DNA of 64,000 nucleotides, taken from assembly GCA_963795085.1 (NCBI GenBank), contig CAWCFX010000001.1, forward strand, positions 1-64,000. The letters are read 5' to 3'. Below the pieces are notes generated by a model, which was not told the origin of the DNA, ran no database searches, and worked only from the letters and a program-made list of their open reading frames with translations. Of the stretch, positions 1 through 10,069 are shown piece by piece. The stretch is from an uncultured Gemmatimonadales bacterium. GTDB lineage: Bacteria; Gemmatimonadota; Gemmatimonadetes; Gemmatimonadales; GWC2-71-9. The stretch's first letter is position 1; every line of letters begins with the position of its first letter. The translations under genes were made by a program, and so were the position numbers.

Positions 1-2057
1 TGATGGGGTTGATCGACGAGACGAAGGATGGGCAGCGCCGATTCGGCGTCGGGCATTTCGACCTCGTGATCATCGATGAGGCGCACCGTTCGGTCTTCCA
101 GAAGTACCGCGCCATCTTCGACTACTTCGATTCCCTGCTGGTCGGGCTGACGGCGACGCCCAAGGACGAGGTCGACCGCAATACCTACGGCCTCTTCGAC
201 CTGGAGAACGGCGTACCGACCGACGCGTACTCGCTCGATGACGCCGTGCGGGACGGCTTCCTCGTCCCGCCGCAGGCTGTTCGGTCCGCTCAAGTTCCAG
301 CGCGAGGGCATCAAGTACGACGAGCTTCGGAAGAGGACAAGGACCAGTGGGACGCGCTCGAGTGGGATGACGATGGCGGCGTCCCGACAAGGTCGAGGCG
401 GAGGCCGTCAACAAGTGGCTGTTCAACAAGGATACGGTCGACAAGGTCCTCGCGCACTTGATGACCCGCGGCCTGACGGTGGACGGCGGCGACGGCTGGG
501 CAAGACGATCCTCTTTGCCAAGAACCAGCCCCACGCCGACTTCATCGCCGAGCGGTTCAACGCCAACTACCCGCACTACATGGGCCATTTCGCGCGGGTC
601 ATCACCTTCAAGGTTGAGTACGCCCAGAGCCTGATCGACGACTTTTCGAACAAGGACAAGGCGCCTCACATCGCGATCTCGGTGGATATGCTCGATACCG
701 GGATCGACGTCCCTGAAGTCGTCGAATCTTGTCTTCTTCAAGCTGGTGCGGTCGAAGACCAAGTTCTGGCAGATGGTCGGCCGAGGTACTCGACTCGCCC
801 AGACCTGTTCGGACCGGGCCAGCACAAGGAGTTCTTCTACTCTTCGACTACTGCCAGAACCTGGAGTATTTCAGCCAGGACGTCCCACCGACGGAGGGAA
901 AGTTGGCGAGTCCCTCGGCAAACGCCTGTTCAAGACGCGTCTGGAGCTGATCGGGGCCCTGGATCGCGAGCCGAGGAAACAGCGACAGTGCGAGTCAGCG
1001 CGTAGGCGCCCGGAATACCCTGAGCCCCAGACCGAGGCGGATGTGCGCCAGGCCGCCGCGGAACGCTACTGATGAAGTGAAGGCCATGAACTCTCGAGAA
1101 CTTTGTCGTGCGGCCCAAGCGGCGACTGGTCGAGAAGTACGCCAAAGCCCGAGATCTGGGCCGTGCTGACGCCGGAGGCCCTGCGGAGCTGGCACACGAG
1201 GTGGCCGGCCTTCCGTCGGAGCGGGAACCGGAGGCGAGGAAGCCAAACGTTTCGATCTGATCATGCTGCGGCTCCAGCTGGCGGTGACTGAAGCGGAACC
1301 CTGCTTCGAGCGCCTGCGCGACCAGGTCATGGAGATTCGCCGGCCTGCTGGAGGAGAAGTGCGCGATCCCCAGGTCGCGTGCAGATGGAGCTTCTGCCGG
1401 ACCTCCAGACGGACGAGTGGTGGCAGGACGTGACGGTGCCAATGTTGAGAGCTGCCCGGCGCAAGGTCAGGGGACTGGTCCAGCTGATTGACAAGCATAG
1501 CCGGCGGCCGATCTATACCGATTTCGAGGACGAGATGGGTCAGGAGACCAGTTATTCTCTTCCGGGATTCGGTGGCCCGGATGACTTTGCCAGGTTCCGG
1601 GCCAAGGCCCAGGCGTTTCTGCGCAAGCACCAAGGACCATGTTGTCATTCGAAAGCTCAGGTTGAACAAGGCCCTGACGCCGGCAGACTTGGCCGAGCTG
1701 GAGCGCCTTCTGAGGGGAGCGGAACCGGAGCAAGAGCAGACATAGAACGGGCAAAGAACGAGGGCGACGGTCTGGGTTTGTTCGTGCGGTCGCTGGTGGG
1801 CCTGGCCGGGAAGCGGCCAAGCAGGCGTTGGCCGGGTTCATGTCCGGTAAGACGCTGAGTGGGAACCAGATCGAGTTGCGTGGATCTGGTCGTGAACCAT
1901 CTTACCGAGCATGGGGTGATGGAGGCTTCCCGGCTTTACGAGTCACCGTTTATGGATCTGACGCCCAGGGGCCCGGAGGTTCTGTTCGGAGCGGGGGCAG
2001 TTGAAGAATTGATCGCGTCATTGGAGGCCGTGCGGCGGGTCGGCAATGGTTGCCTGA
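1..2057 (+). pseudogene. hsdR: Type I restriction enzyme R subunit (EcoAI/EcoEI-like DEAH helicase), 5'-partial, with many frameshifts (pseudogene or sequencing errors)
   Basis: Motifs spread across all three + frames: [60 protein letters not shown], and a C-terminal LYESPF segment typical of the EcoEI R C-terminal region. Probable stop TGA 2055-2057. Confidence 0.85.
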
Positions 2058-2200
2058 GCGCAGGCCCTTTCCTCGGGCCAGGTGGTGCATACCGGATACT
2101 TGTTCTAGAACGCTACTACTGACCTGTTGGCAATCTTGATCTGGACTAGCCCTCATGTCTTTTTGACTGTGACGTCCACACCACCTTTGGCGCGCCTCCA

Positions 2201-2772
2201 ATGGTTATCCCGGAGTGCCAGTTTCAACCGTGGGTTGGCAGCCTGTACGAATCCGGACCTGACGATACGGGGCGGCGCTGCCTGCTGCTGGTGAATTCGA
2301 CTACGGCAGTTGACGCTAGATCGCCCGGTGTAACGCAGTGGGTGGTGGGAAGACACCTTGCGTCCGAGGCTCGCGAGCGCAGTCTGACCAAAATGACGAG
2401 GCTACTGGCCCGAGGACTTGGATTGTCCTCAGCGGATGGAGACGACCTGTGGTCCCGTATAGCCTTCTACAATTATGTGCAATCGATAGTTGGACAGGTA
2501 CCCGGCAACGGCCCAATCAGCCAGCCTGGGATCTGTCCGGGCCCCCGTTCGAAGCAGTAGTCCGAACCCTTCGACCGAATTACGTACTGGTGTTTGGTTA
2601 TGCGCTTTGGGAGAACCTCAGGTGCGTCGCCCCAACCAAACACGTCCACATCGGGAAGGTCCAGTCTTCCCTGGATGTCTTTGCCGCCCGGCTACCGCAT
2701 CCAGCTTATCCACGGTTCAGCTATACCAAGCTGACGTCGGTGGTGAGAGACCTGAGAGCCTGCGCCAATTAA
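2201..2772 (+). CDS. Uracil-DNA-glycosylase-like superfamily protein, frameshifted
   Basis: Joining ORFs 2201-2560 and 2338-2772 gives FQPWVG..Y, LLL(GES)xYG (GES restored by a frame correction near 2290), W.RIAFYNYVQ, RQRP...W, LRPNYVLVFG.LW and LPHPA. This matches the UDG-like GES and HP motifs. Confidence 0.55.
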
Positions 2773-2984
2773 ACAAACATGTTATCGTGGCGGGCCCAAT
2801 TGTCCCGGCAGCGCTTCAGTTGAACGGTATTCGACTCCGGCCCCAGCCACTGGAGTCATGACGGCGCCAGAACGATGTTCCACTGATTCCGCTTGGTAGC
2901 AAGAGCAGCCCCGCGACTATCCTGATTAGAGAGAGATAGTCAGCCGGCTTGACTCGCTCGGCGAACCTGATCCGATCACCGAAC

Positions 2985-3266
2985 ATGGGGTTCCTTCTTA
3001 TGATCATCTTTTCTCAGATTCTGGTGCAGGACCAAGTCGGCGTCTCCAGGCCCAAGTCGATTGCCAGGCCCGGGAAACAAGTGTCACCACAGCGGAGTGC
3101 AGGATCTGGAGTATCCATATCTATCGCGATCGAAGAGAGAGAGCCAAGGTCAGGGGCCGGAAGGTGCAGGTCTTGTGGCTGCAGGGGCTATCGGCCGAAC
3201 AACCCGAAGAACGACTATTGCAAAGACTGCGGAAATTGCTGGTACATGCATGACAGTGTTTCGTAG
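2985..3266 (+). CDS. Small protein with a hydrophobic N-terminus and a Cys-rich C-terminus
   Basis: ATG 2985; MGFLLMIIFSQILV, then CRSCGCRGY...YCKDCGNCWYMH. Confidence 0.5.
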   Translation: MGFLLMIIFSQILVQDQVGVSRPKSIARPGKQVSPQRSAGSGVSISIAIEEREPRSGAGRCRSCGCRGYRPNNPKNDYCKDCGNCWYMHDSVS

Positions 3267-3364
3267 CCGTATTCGGAACTTTGTCGAGCACCAGCGACTT
3301 GACGGAATCGATTGCAATACCTAAGGTTAACTTCCTTTCGGCATATCTTCGGCAGGGGGCCAAC

Positions 3365-4120
3365 TTGGGCGACAGGACAGGGATCCAGTGGACCGACGCG
3401 ACGTGGAATCCTATGACCGGCTGCACGAAGATGACAACCGGTTGCGACTACTGCTATGCCGCTGCTGTTGCCCAGACGAAGACGCGGGATGTCTATCTCA
3501 ATAAAGCACCCGTAAAGAATACAGATAGAAACCGGGCTGACCCCTTTGCTCCGCGGTTCTGGGAAGAGCGCCTGGAACAACCCCTCCGCTGGAGAAAGCC
3601 CCGGCGCATATTCGTGAACAGCATGTCCGACGTATTCCATGCGCACTTTTCACTCGACATGATTCAACGCATTTTCGACGTGATGAATCGCGCGACATGG
3701 CACCAGTTTCAGGTGTTGACCAAGCGTCCGGAACGGGCGGAACGACTGGCCGACCGGCTCACTTGGTCTGACAATATTTGGATGGGTACGTCCATAGAGA
3801 CCATCGACGTAGCTGCCCGGGCAGATCATCTCCGGAATGTGCCGGCCACAGTGCGCTTCATCAGTGCAGAACCCTTGCTCGGGCCACTGGAGGCGCTCGA
3901 TTTGACCGAGATCGATTGGGTGATCGGCGGGGGCGAGAGCGGAGCAGGCTATCGGCGGTGTGATTCGGAATGGGCGAGGGGATTACGGGATCTCTGTTTG
4001 CGTTCGGGAGTGGCTTTCTTCTGGAAGCAGTGGGGGGGCAGAACTCCCAAGGCAGGTGGGCGCATGCTTGACGGGCTTCAATGGAACGAATACCCGGTCG
4101 AGTTACAAGTGGTGGACTAA
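3365..4120 (+). CDS. DUF5131 / phage Gp37-Gp68 family three-Cys (radical-SAM-like) protein
   Basis: TGIQWTDATWNPMTGCTKMTTGCDYCYA, FVNSMSDVFH, FQVLTKRPER, RFISAEPLLGP, WVIGGGESG, FFWKQWGG. TTG start 3365 follows GGGGG. Confidence 0.92.
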   Translation: MGDRTGIQWTDATWNPMTGCTKMTTGCDYCYAAAVAQTKTRDVYLNKAPVKNTDRNRADPFAPRFWEERLEQPLRWRKPRRIFVNSMSDVFHAHFSLDMIQRIFDVMNRATWHQFQVLTKRPERAERLADRLTWSDNIWMGTSIETIDVAARADHLRNVPATVRFISAEPLLGPLEALDLTEIDWVIGGGESGAGYRRCDSEWARGLRDLCLRSGVAFFWKQWGGRTPKAGGRMLDGLQWNEYPVELQVVD

Positions 4121-5001
4121 AACAGGCTGCCTTGGTTTCCTTGAATGCTGGTGCGCCTGATCCAGTTGGCGATCCTGTTGGCGACCGGGTTATCAGCCGC
4201 GAAGAGCATTTTGTAGAGCCGCTGCTGACCCCGCAGGTACGCGTCAACCATTGGCCCGGCTTCGCACCAGAGCGTCTTGAGTTGGCGGAGGTAAAGATCG
4301 ACCAGCGCGTTTTTCAGTTCCCTCGATTGCCCCTGTCACCCTTCGCTCCGCCAGGGTCCGCCAGGCATCGGTTACCAGAGCGGTCGAGGGTGCCTGCAGT
4401 ATCTTTCTCGCCCACTTGACGCATACGAAATAAGTCTCATGATCGCCATGTCGAGTGGCAGCAAGGCATAGAGGTCGATGCTTCTGTGGCCAACCGCCTT
4501 CAGCGCCTGCATCGAGTCCCACGGCCACTGCCGGGGAGCTTCCATGTCAGCGAAAACAAGGATGTACGCCTCACGAGGGATGCGCGCCAGAACCGACGCA
4601 ATCTCTATGTTTGCATCGCCATGAATGCACTGAATACGGTTCGCTGCTACCTGACTTCCGCCGGACTCGACCAACCGGCAGACCCGCGTTTCGAGAGCAT
4701 CATGGTCCCTCCGGTTGGCGTTTACGAACACGGCGTCGGTGAAACCGATGCTCTCTCTACCTGCCCCCGCGTACCGCAGGATTCTCAACGGTGACCCGTC
4801 GAATTCTTCGCCCGATCCACCCCGCACCACATTCTTGCCGGGCCCTGCAAAGAGATCGATGTAGTAGCGTTGTCGTTTCGGGCCGTGGCCTGTATGGCAG
4901 CGGGGCAGTATTCGTCGAGGAAGGAGAGCTTCGTCTTTCCCCAGGGGCCGTTATCCCGGGCTCGAAAGCAACCCATCCTGAGCAGTCACGATTCTGCTCA
5001 C
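4117..5001 (-). CDS. tcmP: Three-Cys-motif partner protein TcmP (SAM-dependent methyltransferase-like), frameshifted
   Basis: ARDNGPWGKTKLSFLDEY, YIDLFAGPG (after frame correction), FDGSPLR, GDAN, LVFAD, LYKMLFAA and C-terminal QGSLF* (stop 4117-4119). Adjacent to DUF5131, its usual partner. Confidence 0.8.
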
Positions 5002-5177
5002 GAGGCTTTGGTCCCCAGGCTGTGAGGCCGACTATTCCACATTGGTGCTCTCAGGGAGTTTAGGGTTGAGTATGCACTTGGAAATGATTGGCGCAAGGGG
5101 AAAATAATAGGCGTGGTCGGCCGAGTCGTCTGGCCTGGCTTGCCAGGACTAAGTCAAGCTAATGGGACCGGGAGTCG

Positions 5178-5780
5178 TTGCATGAGCGTCCCTGGAGTAG
5201 TGAGTGGCCGCGTGGGAAGGCCAAGGCGGGCCAGTTCCAGCTATGCAGCAGGAATCGGATTGCGGCGGCGGTGGACCTGCTCGCCCGGCATGCCCGGCCC
5301 CGCCAGGCGCTCTGGATCGCCGCCGGACTCGGCGATATCAAGGGAGTGAAGCGGTTCCTCGACCGCGAGGGCCGCCCGACCGCGGAAGCGCGGCGGCTCC
5401 GTCCACCCTTCGACCTGGTCGGTTTCCCGATGCTGTCGCATCCGGACCCGGAGGATGAAGAGATCCTGATGGAAGCGTTCGTGGTGGCCATGCTCAATCG
5501 CCGGCTCGCCGTGCTGGAATACATGGCGGCGCACGGGACCCCGGTGAACAGCCTGGTGTTCAGCAACCCCGCGATCGGCGTGGCGGTGGGCAACGGGTGG
5601 GCCGATGTCGTCGAGTGCCTGGTGCGCTGCGGGGCCGACCTGGACCTCAAGGGATGGCAGCCCAACCAGTCGGCGCGGGAGATCGCCGGCGAGATGCTGG
5701 CGCAGTTTCCGGAGGATGCGGCTCGGCGGGAAATCGCCAGGCTCTGCGGGTTGAGCCCTGAGACCGGTGTAGGACGGTAG
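5178..5780 (+). CDS. Ankyrin-repeat-like protein, probably 5'-truncated
   Basis: AIGVAVGNGWADVVECLVRCGADLD resembles an ankyrin repeat. Host-like GC-rich codons begin only near 5260 and there is no convincing start. Confidence 0.55.
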   Translation: MHERPWSSEWPRGKAKAGQFQLCSRNRIAAAVDLLARHARPRQALWIAAGLGDIKGVKRFLDREGRPTAEARRLRPPFDLVGFPMLSHPDPEDEEILMEAFVVAMLNRRLAVLEYMAAHGTPVNSLVFSNPAIGVAVGNGWADVVECLVRCGADLDLKGWQPNQSAREIAGEMLAQFPEDAARREIARLCGLSPETGVGR

Positions 5781-6077
5781 GACGGTAGGACGGACTGGAA
5801 ACCGAGCGGAGTCATTGCGAGGAGGCCGCAGGCCGACGAAGCAATCTTCTCACCTGCCCCGGACAGCAGATTGCCACGTCGCGCTACGCGCTCCTCGCAA
5901 TGACTCCGTGTCACCCGGCGCTCCTCGCGAGTAGGACGGTAGACGGTAAGACGGTACGGCGGACTGGAACCCGAGCGGAGTCATTGCGAGGAGGCCGCAG
6001 GCCGACGAAGCGAATCTTCTCACCTGCCCAGGACAGCAGATTGCCACGTCGCGCTACGCGCTCCTCGCAATGACTCC
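5769..6077. repeat. Two tandem cassettes: GTAGGACG 8-mers followed by a ~100 bp REP-like palindrome
   Basis: CGGAGTCATTGCGAGGAG...CTCCTCGCAATGACTCCG at 5807-5908, and a near-identical copy at 5977-6077. Confidence 0.9.
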
Positions 6078-6293
6078 CATGCCGACCTGCGTTCCCCCTT
6101 CCCCCGACGGGGGAAGGGGGATAGGGGGTTAGGGATCCGAACAGGGGAAGGGGGACCCTAAAGGACTTCCGCGCTCGGTCGCAGGGGGTTAGGGATTACC
6201 ACGTCGCGCTGCGTCGCCCCTGCAACTCTCCGCTGCCCGCTTCCCCGCCGCCTCTCTGCCCAACGACCCCGTTCCGGGGTACATTCTCTGGCA

Positions 6294-8831
6294 ATGCCCA
6301 CCAAGACGCCCCACGTCGGACTCTCCCCCGGGGTCCGCATCTTCGCCCTTTCCCTCGCGGCGTTTGCCCTGGCAGGGGGGTGTCTCTCGTTCCTGGGGTG
6401 GGCGCTGGACATCTTCCGCCTCACCGACTGGTTTGACCGCGGCATTTCCATCCAGCCCAACTCGACGCTGGCTGTCATGGCGGGAGGAGCCTCGGTCCTG
6501 TGTCTCGTGATGGGTCACCCGAGGCTGGCGGCGATTCCTGGCATGGTTTCCCTCTTTTTCGGCGCCGCCACGCTGTTTCAAATGTTCTCCGGGGTCAACC
6601 TGGGAACGGACGAGTTGTTTCTCTTCGGCCGGCCCTGGGGGAATACCGCGACGGTGTCCCCGGGGCGTATGGGGCTGCCCGGATCAGTATGCTTCACTCT
6701 GCTGGGCCTGGCTGCCCTGGTGGTCGGCCGGGGAGCCAGGGGACGCAAGGCCACGGTGGTCCTGGCGCTGGCGGCGACGTGCCTGGCCACGCTCTCCGTC
6801 CTGGGGTACCTCTATCACGCGAATCAGCTCTACACGCTTCCCCGCTATACCGCCATCGCGCTGCAGAACTCGATCATGATCATCGCGATCGGCCTCGGGC
6901 TTGTCGCGACCCAGACCGACCAGCCGCCGATGCGCATCGTGATGGAAAACAGCGGCGCCGGGCTGCTGGTTCGGCGGGCCCTTCCAATCATCATCCTGGT
7001 GCCGATTCTGCTGGCGTGGCTGCGCACGCTGGGGGAAGAGGCCGGCCTTTTCGACGCCGGGATGGGCCGCTCCCTGCTGATCCTGCTTCTGCTCTTCATC
7101 ATGATCGGGGGCCTGTGGTGGATCGTGCGGCCGCTGGCGCGCCATGAATCGGAGCTCCGGGAAGCCCAGGCCAGGCAGGCGCTGCTGGCCGAGGTGGGGC
7201 AGCAGTTCGGGAGGGGCGAGGACGCCGGCGCCACGCTGGGCATGGTGTGCCGCCAGGTCGCCCGGCACTTCGGTGTTTCCCGCGCGGGGTACAGCCGGGT
7301 GGACCAGGAATCGCGCCGAATTACCATCGAGCACGATTACGCGGAGGCGGGGATGACCCCGCTGGAGGGGGTCTTTCCGCTCGCCGAGGACTCCGGTTTC
7401 TCCCAGCAGGAAGCGAACGGAAGACAGGAGACCGTTGTCTCCGACCTGTCGAGTCGCCCCGCCAGGCGGGAGGAAAATGAACGGTTCTTCCCGCCGCCCG
7501 GCGCCCGTGCCATCCTGGTGATTCCCCTGGTCCGCGGCGGACAGTGGGTCGCCGATTTCTGGCTCACGCACCACGAGGCTCGGCCCTGGTCGGCGGCCGA
7601 CGTCACCCTGATGCGGACGCTGGCGGACCGGGTACAGGCGGCGGTCGAGAACTGGGAATTCATCCGGCAGCTGCAGCGGGCCAATGTCCAACTCCTCCAG
7701 GCCAGCCGGATGGAAGCGCTCGGGCGGCTGGCCGGGGGGCTGGCGCATGACTTCAACAACCAGCTCCAGGCCATGTCCGGCTTCGCCTCGTTCATCCAGC
7801 GGGATCCCGATGTCCAGAACCAGTCCCGCCGCGACCTGGAGCAGATCCAGAAGAGCGTGGAACGCATTGCCAGCCTGATCCGGCAGCTCCTGGCGTTCAG
7901 CCGCCAGCAGGTCCTCATCACCGAGGTGATCGAGCTGGGTTCCGCAGTGGTGGACTCACTGACCCTGCTCCGCCAGTTCCTGGGCCCCACGATCGAACTC
8001 AGGGTGGAGACGGGACAGCAGCCGCTCTGGGTGAAGGTGGACCGGTCCCAGTTTCACCAGGTCCTCGTCAACCTGATCATCAACGCCCGCGACGCCATGC
8101 CGGAGGGCGGCACGGTCACGATCACGGTCGTTCCGGTGGATGGCAGTGAGCTGGCCAGGAGCTGGCGCGGAGTGGCGCCGGGCAGCTACAGCTGTCTCTC
8201 GGTGAGCGATACCGGCGTCGGTGTCGCGGAGGCCGATCTTCCCTATATCTTCGAGCCGTTCTTCACCACCAAGGCGCTGGGGCAGGGGACCGGCCTCGGT
8301 CTCGCCACGGTCCATGGCATCGTGAGCCAGAGCGGGGGGCATATTGATGTCCGGAGTGAGCCGGGGGCGGGCGCGAGTTTCCGGGTGCTTCTTCCCCTCA
8401 CCGAGGAACCGGCCCCGACGCCGGCCCGGCCTCCGGCCGGCCCGATGGCTGGGAGGGCCGGTTCCCGGATTCTCGTGGTTGATGACGAGCCCATGATCCG
8501 GGACATCCTGGTCCGGAGTCTCCAGTCGAGCGGTTACAACGTGACCGCCGCATCAAACGGCTCCGAAGCCATCACCTGCCTGGAGGGCGCCGCCTTCGAC
8601 CTGGTCATCAGCGACGTCGTGATGCCCGTCATGGGCGGCGCGGAGCTGGGCCGGATCATGGCTCGCCGTTTCCCCGATCTTCCGCTGATCCTGATCTCGG
8701 GATTCCCCCTCGATGCTTCGTTTACCGCCGCGGAACGGCCGCCGATGTTTCTTCCGAAGCCGGTGCGGATCGAGGAGCTGCTGAGTGCGGTGGCGGGCCG
8801 GATCGGGGGGCTGACGACGGCGCGGGAGTGA
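6294..8831 (+). CDS. Membrane-bound hybrid sensor histidine kinase (multi-TM, GAF, HisKA, HATPase, REC)
   Basis: About 7 hydrophobic helices; H-box GGLAHDFNN, NLIINARDAM, FEPFFTTK, GTGLGL; receiver ILVVDDE...VISDVVMP. Confidence 0.95.
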   Translation: MPTKTPHVGLSPGVRIFALSLAAFALAGGCLSFLGWALDIFRLTDWFDRGISIQPNSTLAVMAGGASVLCLVMGHPRLAAIPGMVSLFFGAATLFQMFSGVNLGTDELFLFGRPWGNTATVSPGRMGLPGSVCFTLLGLAALVVGRGARGRKATVVLALAATCLATLSVLGYLYHANQLYTLPRYTAIALQNSIMIIAIGLGLVATQTDQPPMRIVMENSGAGLLVRRALPIIILVPILLAWLRTLGEEAGLFDAGMGRSLLILLLLFIMIGGLWWIVRPLARHESELREAQARQALLAEVGQQFGRGEDAGATLGMVCRQVARHFGVSRAGYSRVDQESRRITIEHDYAEAGMTPLEGVFPLAEDSGFSQQEANGRQETVVSDLSSRPARREENERFFPPPGARAILVIPLVRGGQWVADFWLTHHEARPWSAADVTLMRTLADRVQAAVENWEFIRQLQRANVQLLQASRMEALGRLAGGLAHDFNNQLQAMSGFASFIQRDPDVQNQSRRDLEQIQKSVERIASLIRQLLAFSRQQVLITEVIELGSAVVDSLTLLRQFLGPTIELRVETGQQPLWVKVDRSQFHQVLVNLIINARDAMPEGGTVTITVVPVDGSELARSWRGVAPGSYSCLSVSDTGVGVAEADLPYIFEPFFTTKALGQGTGLGLATVHGIVSQSGGHIDVRSEPGAGASFRVLLPLTEEPAPTPARPPAGPMAGRAGSRILVVDDEPMIRDILVRSLQSSGYNVTAASNGSEAITCLEGAAFDLVISDVVMPVMGGAELGRIMARRFPDLPLILISGFPLDASFTAAERPPMFLPKPVRIEELLSAVAGRIGGLTTARE

Positions 8832-8892
8832 GCGGGGGCGGGGGGGCATACCGTGCGCCGGGCGCAGTTGAACAACTCGGTTGCTGGTAACC

Positions 8893-9530
8893 GCGAACTC
8901 TGCGACAGCTCTGCGTACTCAGCGGTGAGCTGTGCCCGCCAAGGGGGCAAGGGGGCAGGGGGCCAGAGGGCCAAACACCTTCCTCAGGGGGCAAGGGGGC
9001 AAGGGGGCCAGAGGGCCAAACACCTTCCTCAGGGGGCAAGGGGGCAGGGGGGGCCAGAGGGCCAAACACCTTCCTCAGGGGGCAGGGGGCAGGGGGGCCA
9101 GGGGGCCGAACGACTTCCTTCTGTCATTTCGACCATTTGCTACTTTGTTGTTCGTGCTTTTGTGATAGTCAGGCTCGAATCCAGTGTGCGCCAGCCTGCG
9201 AACTCAGCGAAGTTTCCAGCGTACTCAGCGGTGAGCTGTTCCCGCCAAGGGGGCAAGAGGGCCAGAGGGCCAACCAACTTCCTTCCGGCATTTTCGACCA
9301 TTTGGTCGTTTGGTCGTTCGTGCTTTCGTGACCAGGCAGGCTCGAATCCACGAGACCGCAGCCATCTCGAGATGATTCCAGGCCCTGCGAGGTGGTAAGC
9401 AGATTGCCACGTCGCGCTGCGCGCTCCTCGCAATGACTCCCCCTGACCCACTGACCCACCGTCCCACTGACCCACTGTCCCACTGTCCCACTGACCCACC
9501 GTCCCACTGTCCCACTGCGGTGAGCTGTTG
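8893..9530. repeat. Composite intergenic repeat block (45-46 bp G-run tandem units, shared modules, half REP, CCCACT 8-mers)
   Basis: AGGGGGCAAGGGGGCAAGGGGGCCAGAGGGCCAAACACCTTCCTC-type unit x3-4 at 8941-9107; GCGGTGAGCTGT x3; G(A/T)CCCAC(T/C) array at 9445-9516. Confidence 0.9.
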
Positions 9531-9542
9531 CCCTTGCGAGGC

Positions 9543-9971
9543 TCAGGGCCTGGCCGGAAATGATCGAAAGAGGCGGACTTCCACGATGTCCCCCAGGGAG
9601 GACCGGTCGAGCCCGTCCACCAGGGTGCGGCCCTGGGCGGCCATGACCGGGCGGAAGATCTCTTCCCGCCGTTCCCAGGCGGCCGAGTCGGGGTATTCGG
9701 TATGGAGTTCGACATCGTAGTCGCCGAGCGTATCGGCGCGGACGCGAAGCTGGTAGCCCGCGATAATGCCCTGGGCCAGGAGGGTGCGGCGGGACCGGGC
9801 CCAGTTCACCTGGTAGAAACGAATGAGGCGGGGCAACTCTCCCGGCCGGGCGCGGACGTACGCCACCTCGACCATCTGGGGATTTGGCTGGTCCTGCGCG
9901 GCGAGGGGTGCCGCGCCGGCGAAGGCAAGCAGGGTGATGCCGAGGGCGAGGATGGATGGCTTCAAGGTCAT
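9543..9971 (-). CDS. Secreted hypothetical protein (possible NIPSNAP/dimeric alpha-beta barrel fold)
   Basis: Signal peptide MTLKPSILALGITLLAFAGAAPLAA-Q; host-like codon usage. Confidence 0.7.
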   Translation of the reverse strand: MTLKPSILALGITLLAFAGAAPLAAQDQPNPQMVEVAYVRARPGELPRLIRFYQVNWARSRRTLLAQGIIAGYQLRVRADTLGDYDVELHTEYPDSAAWERREEIFRPVMAAQGRTLVDGLDRSSLGDIVEVRLFRSFPARP

Positions 9972-10069
9972 GGCTCGGCGGGTCAGGGTGAGAACTCCGG
10001 TGATGTGTCCATATGGCGAGAGGGGACGACAGTCACGGCTGCCAGTCGCACATCCATAGGACGGCAGGC

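Noticed and set aside
3365..4120. Prophage, from the Gp37/Gp68 family label
   Set aside because: No structural, terminase or integrase genes in the window.
1..5001. Programmed frameshifting, phase variation or recoding in hsdR/tcmP
   Set aside because: Too many scattered indels and no slippery or simple-sequence tracts. Sequencing error or decay is simpler.
8941..9107. CRISPR-like repeat-spacer pattern
   Set aside because: The linker is constant and the rest is low-complexity G-runs.
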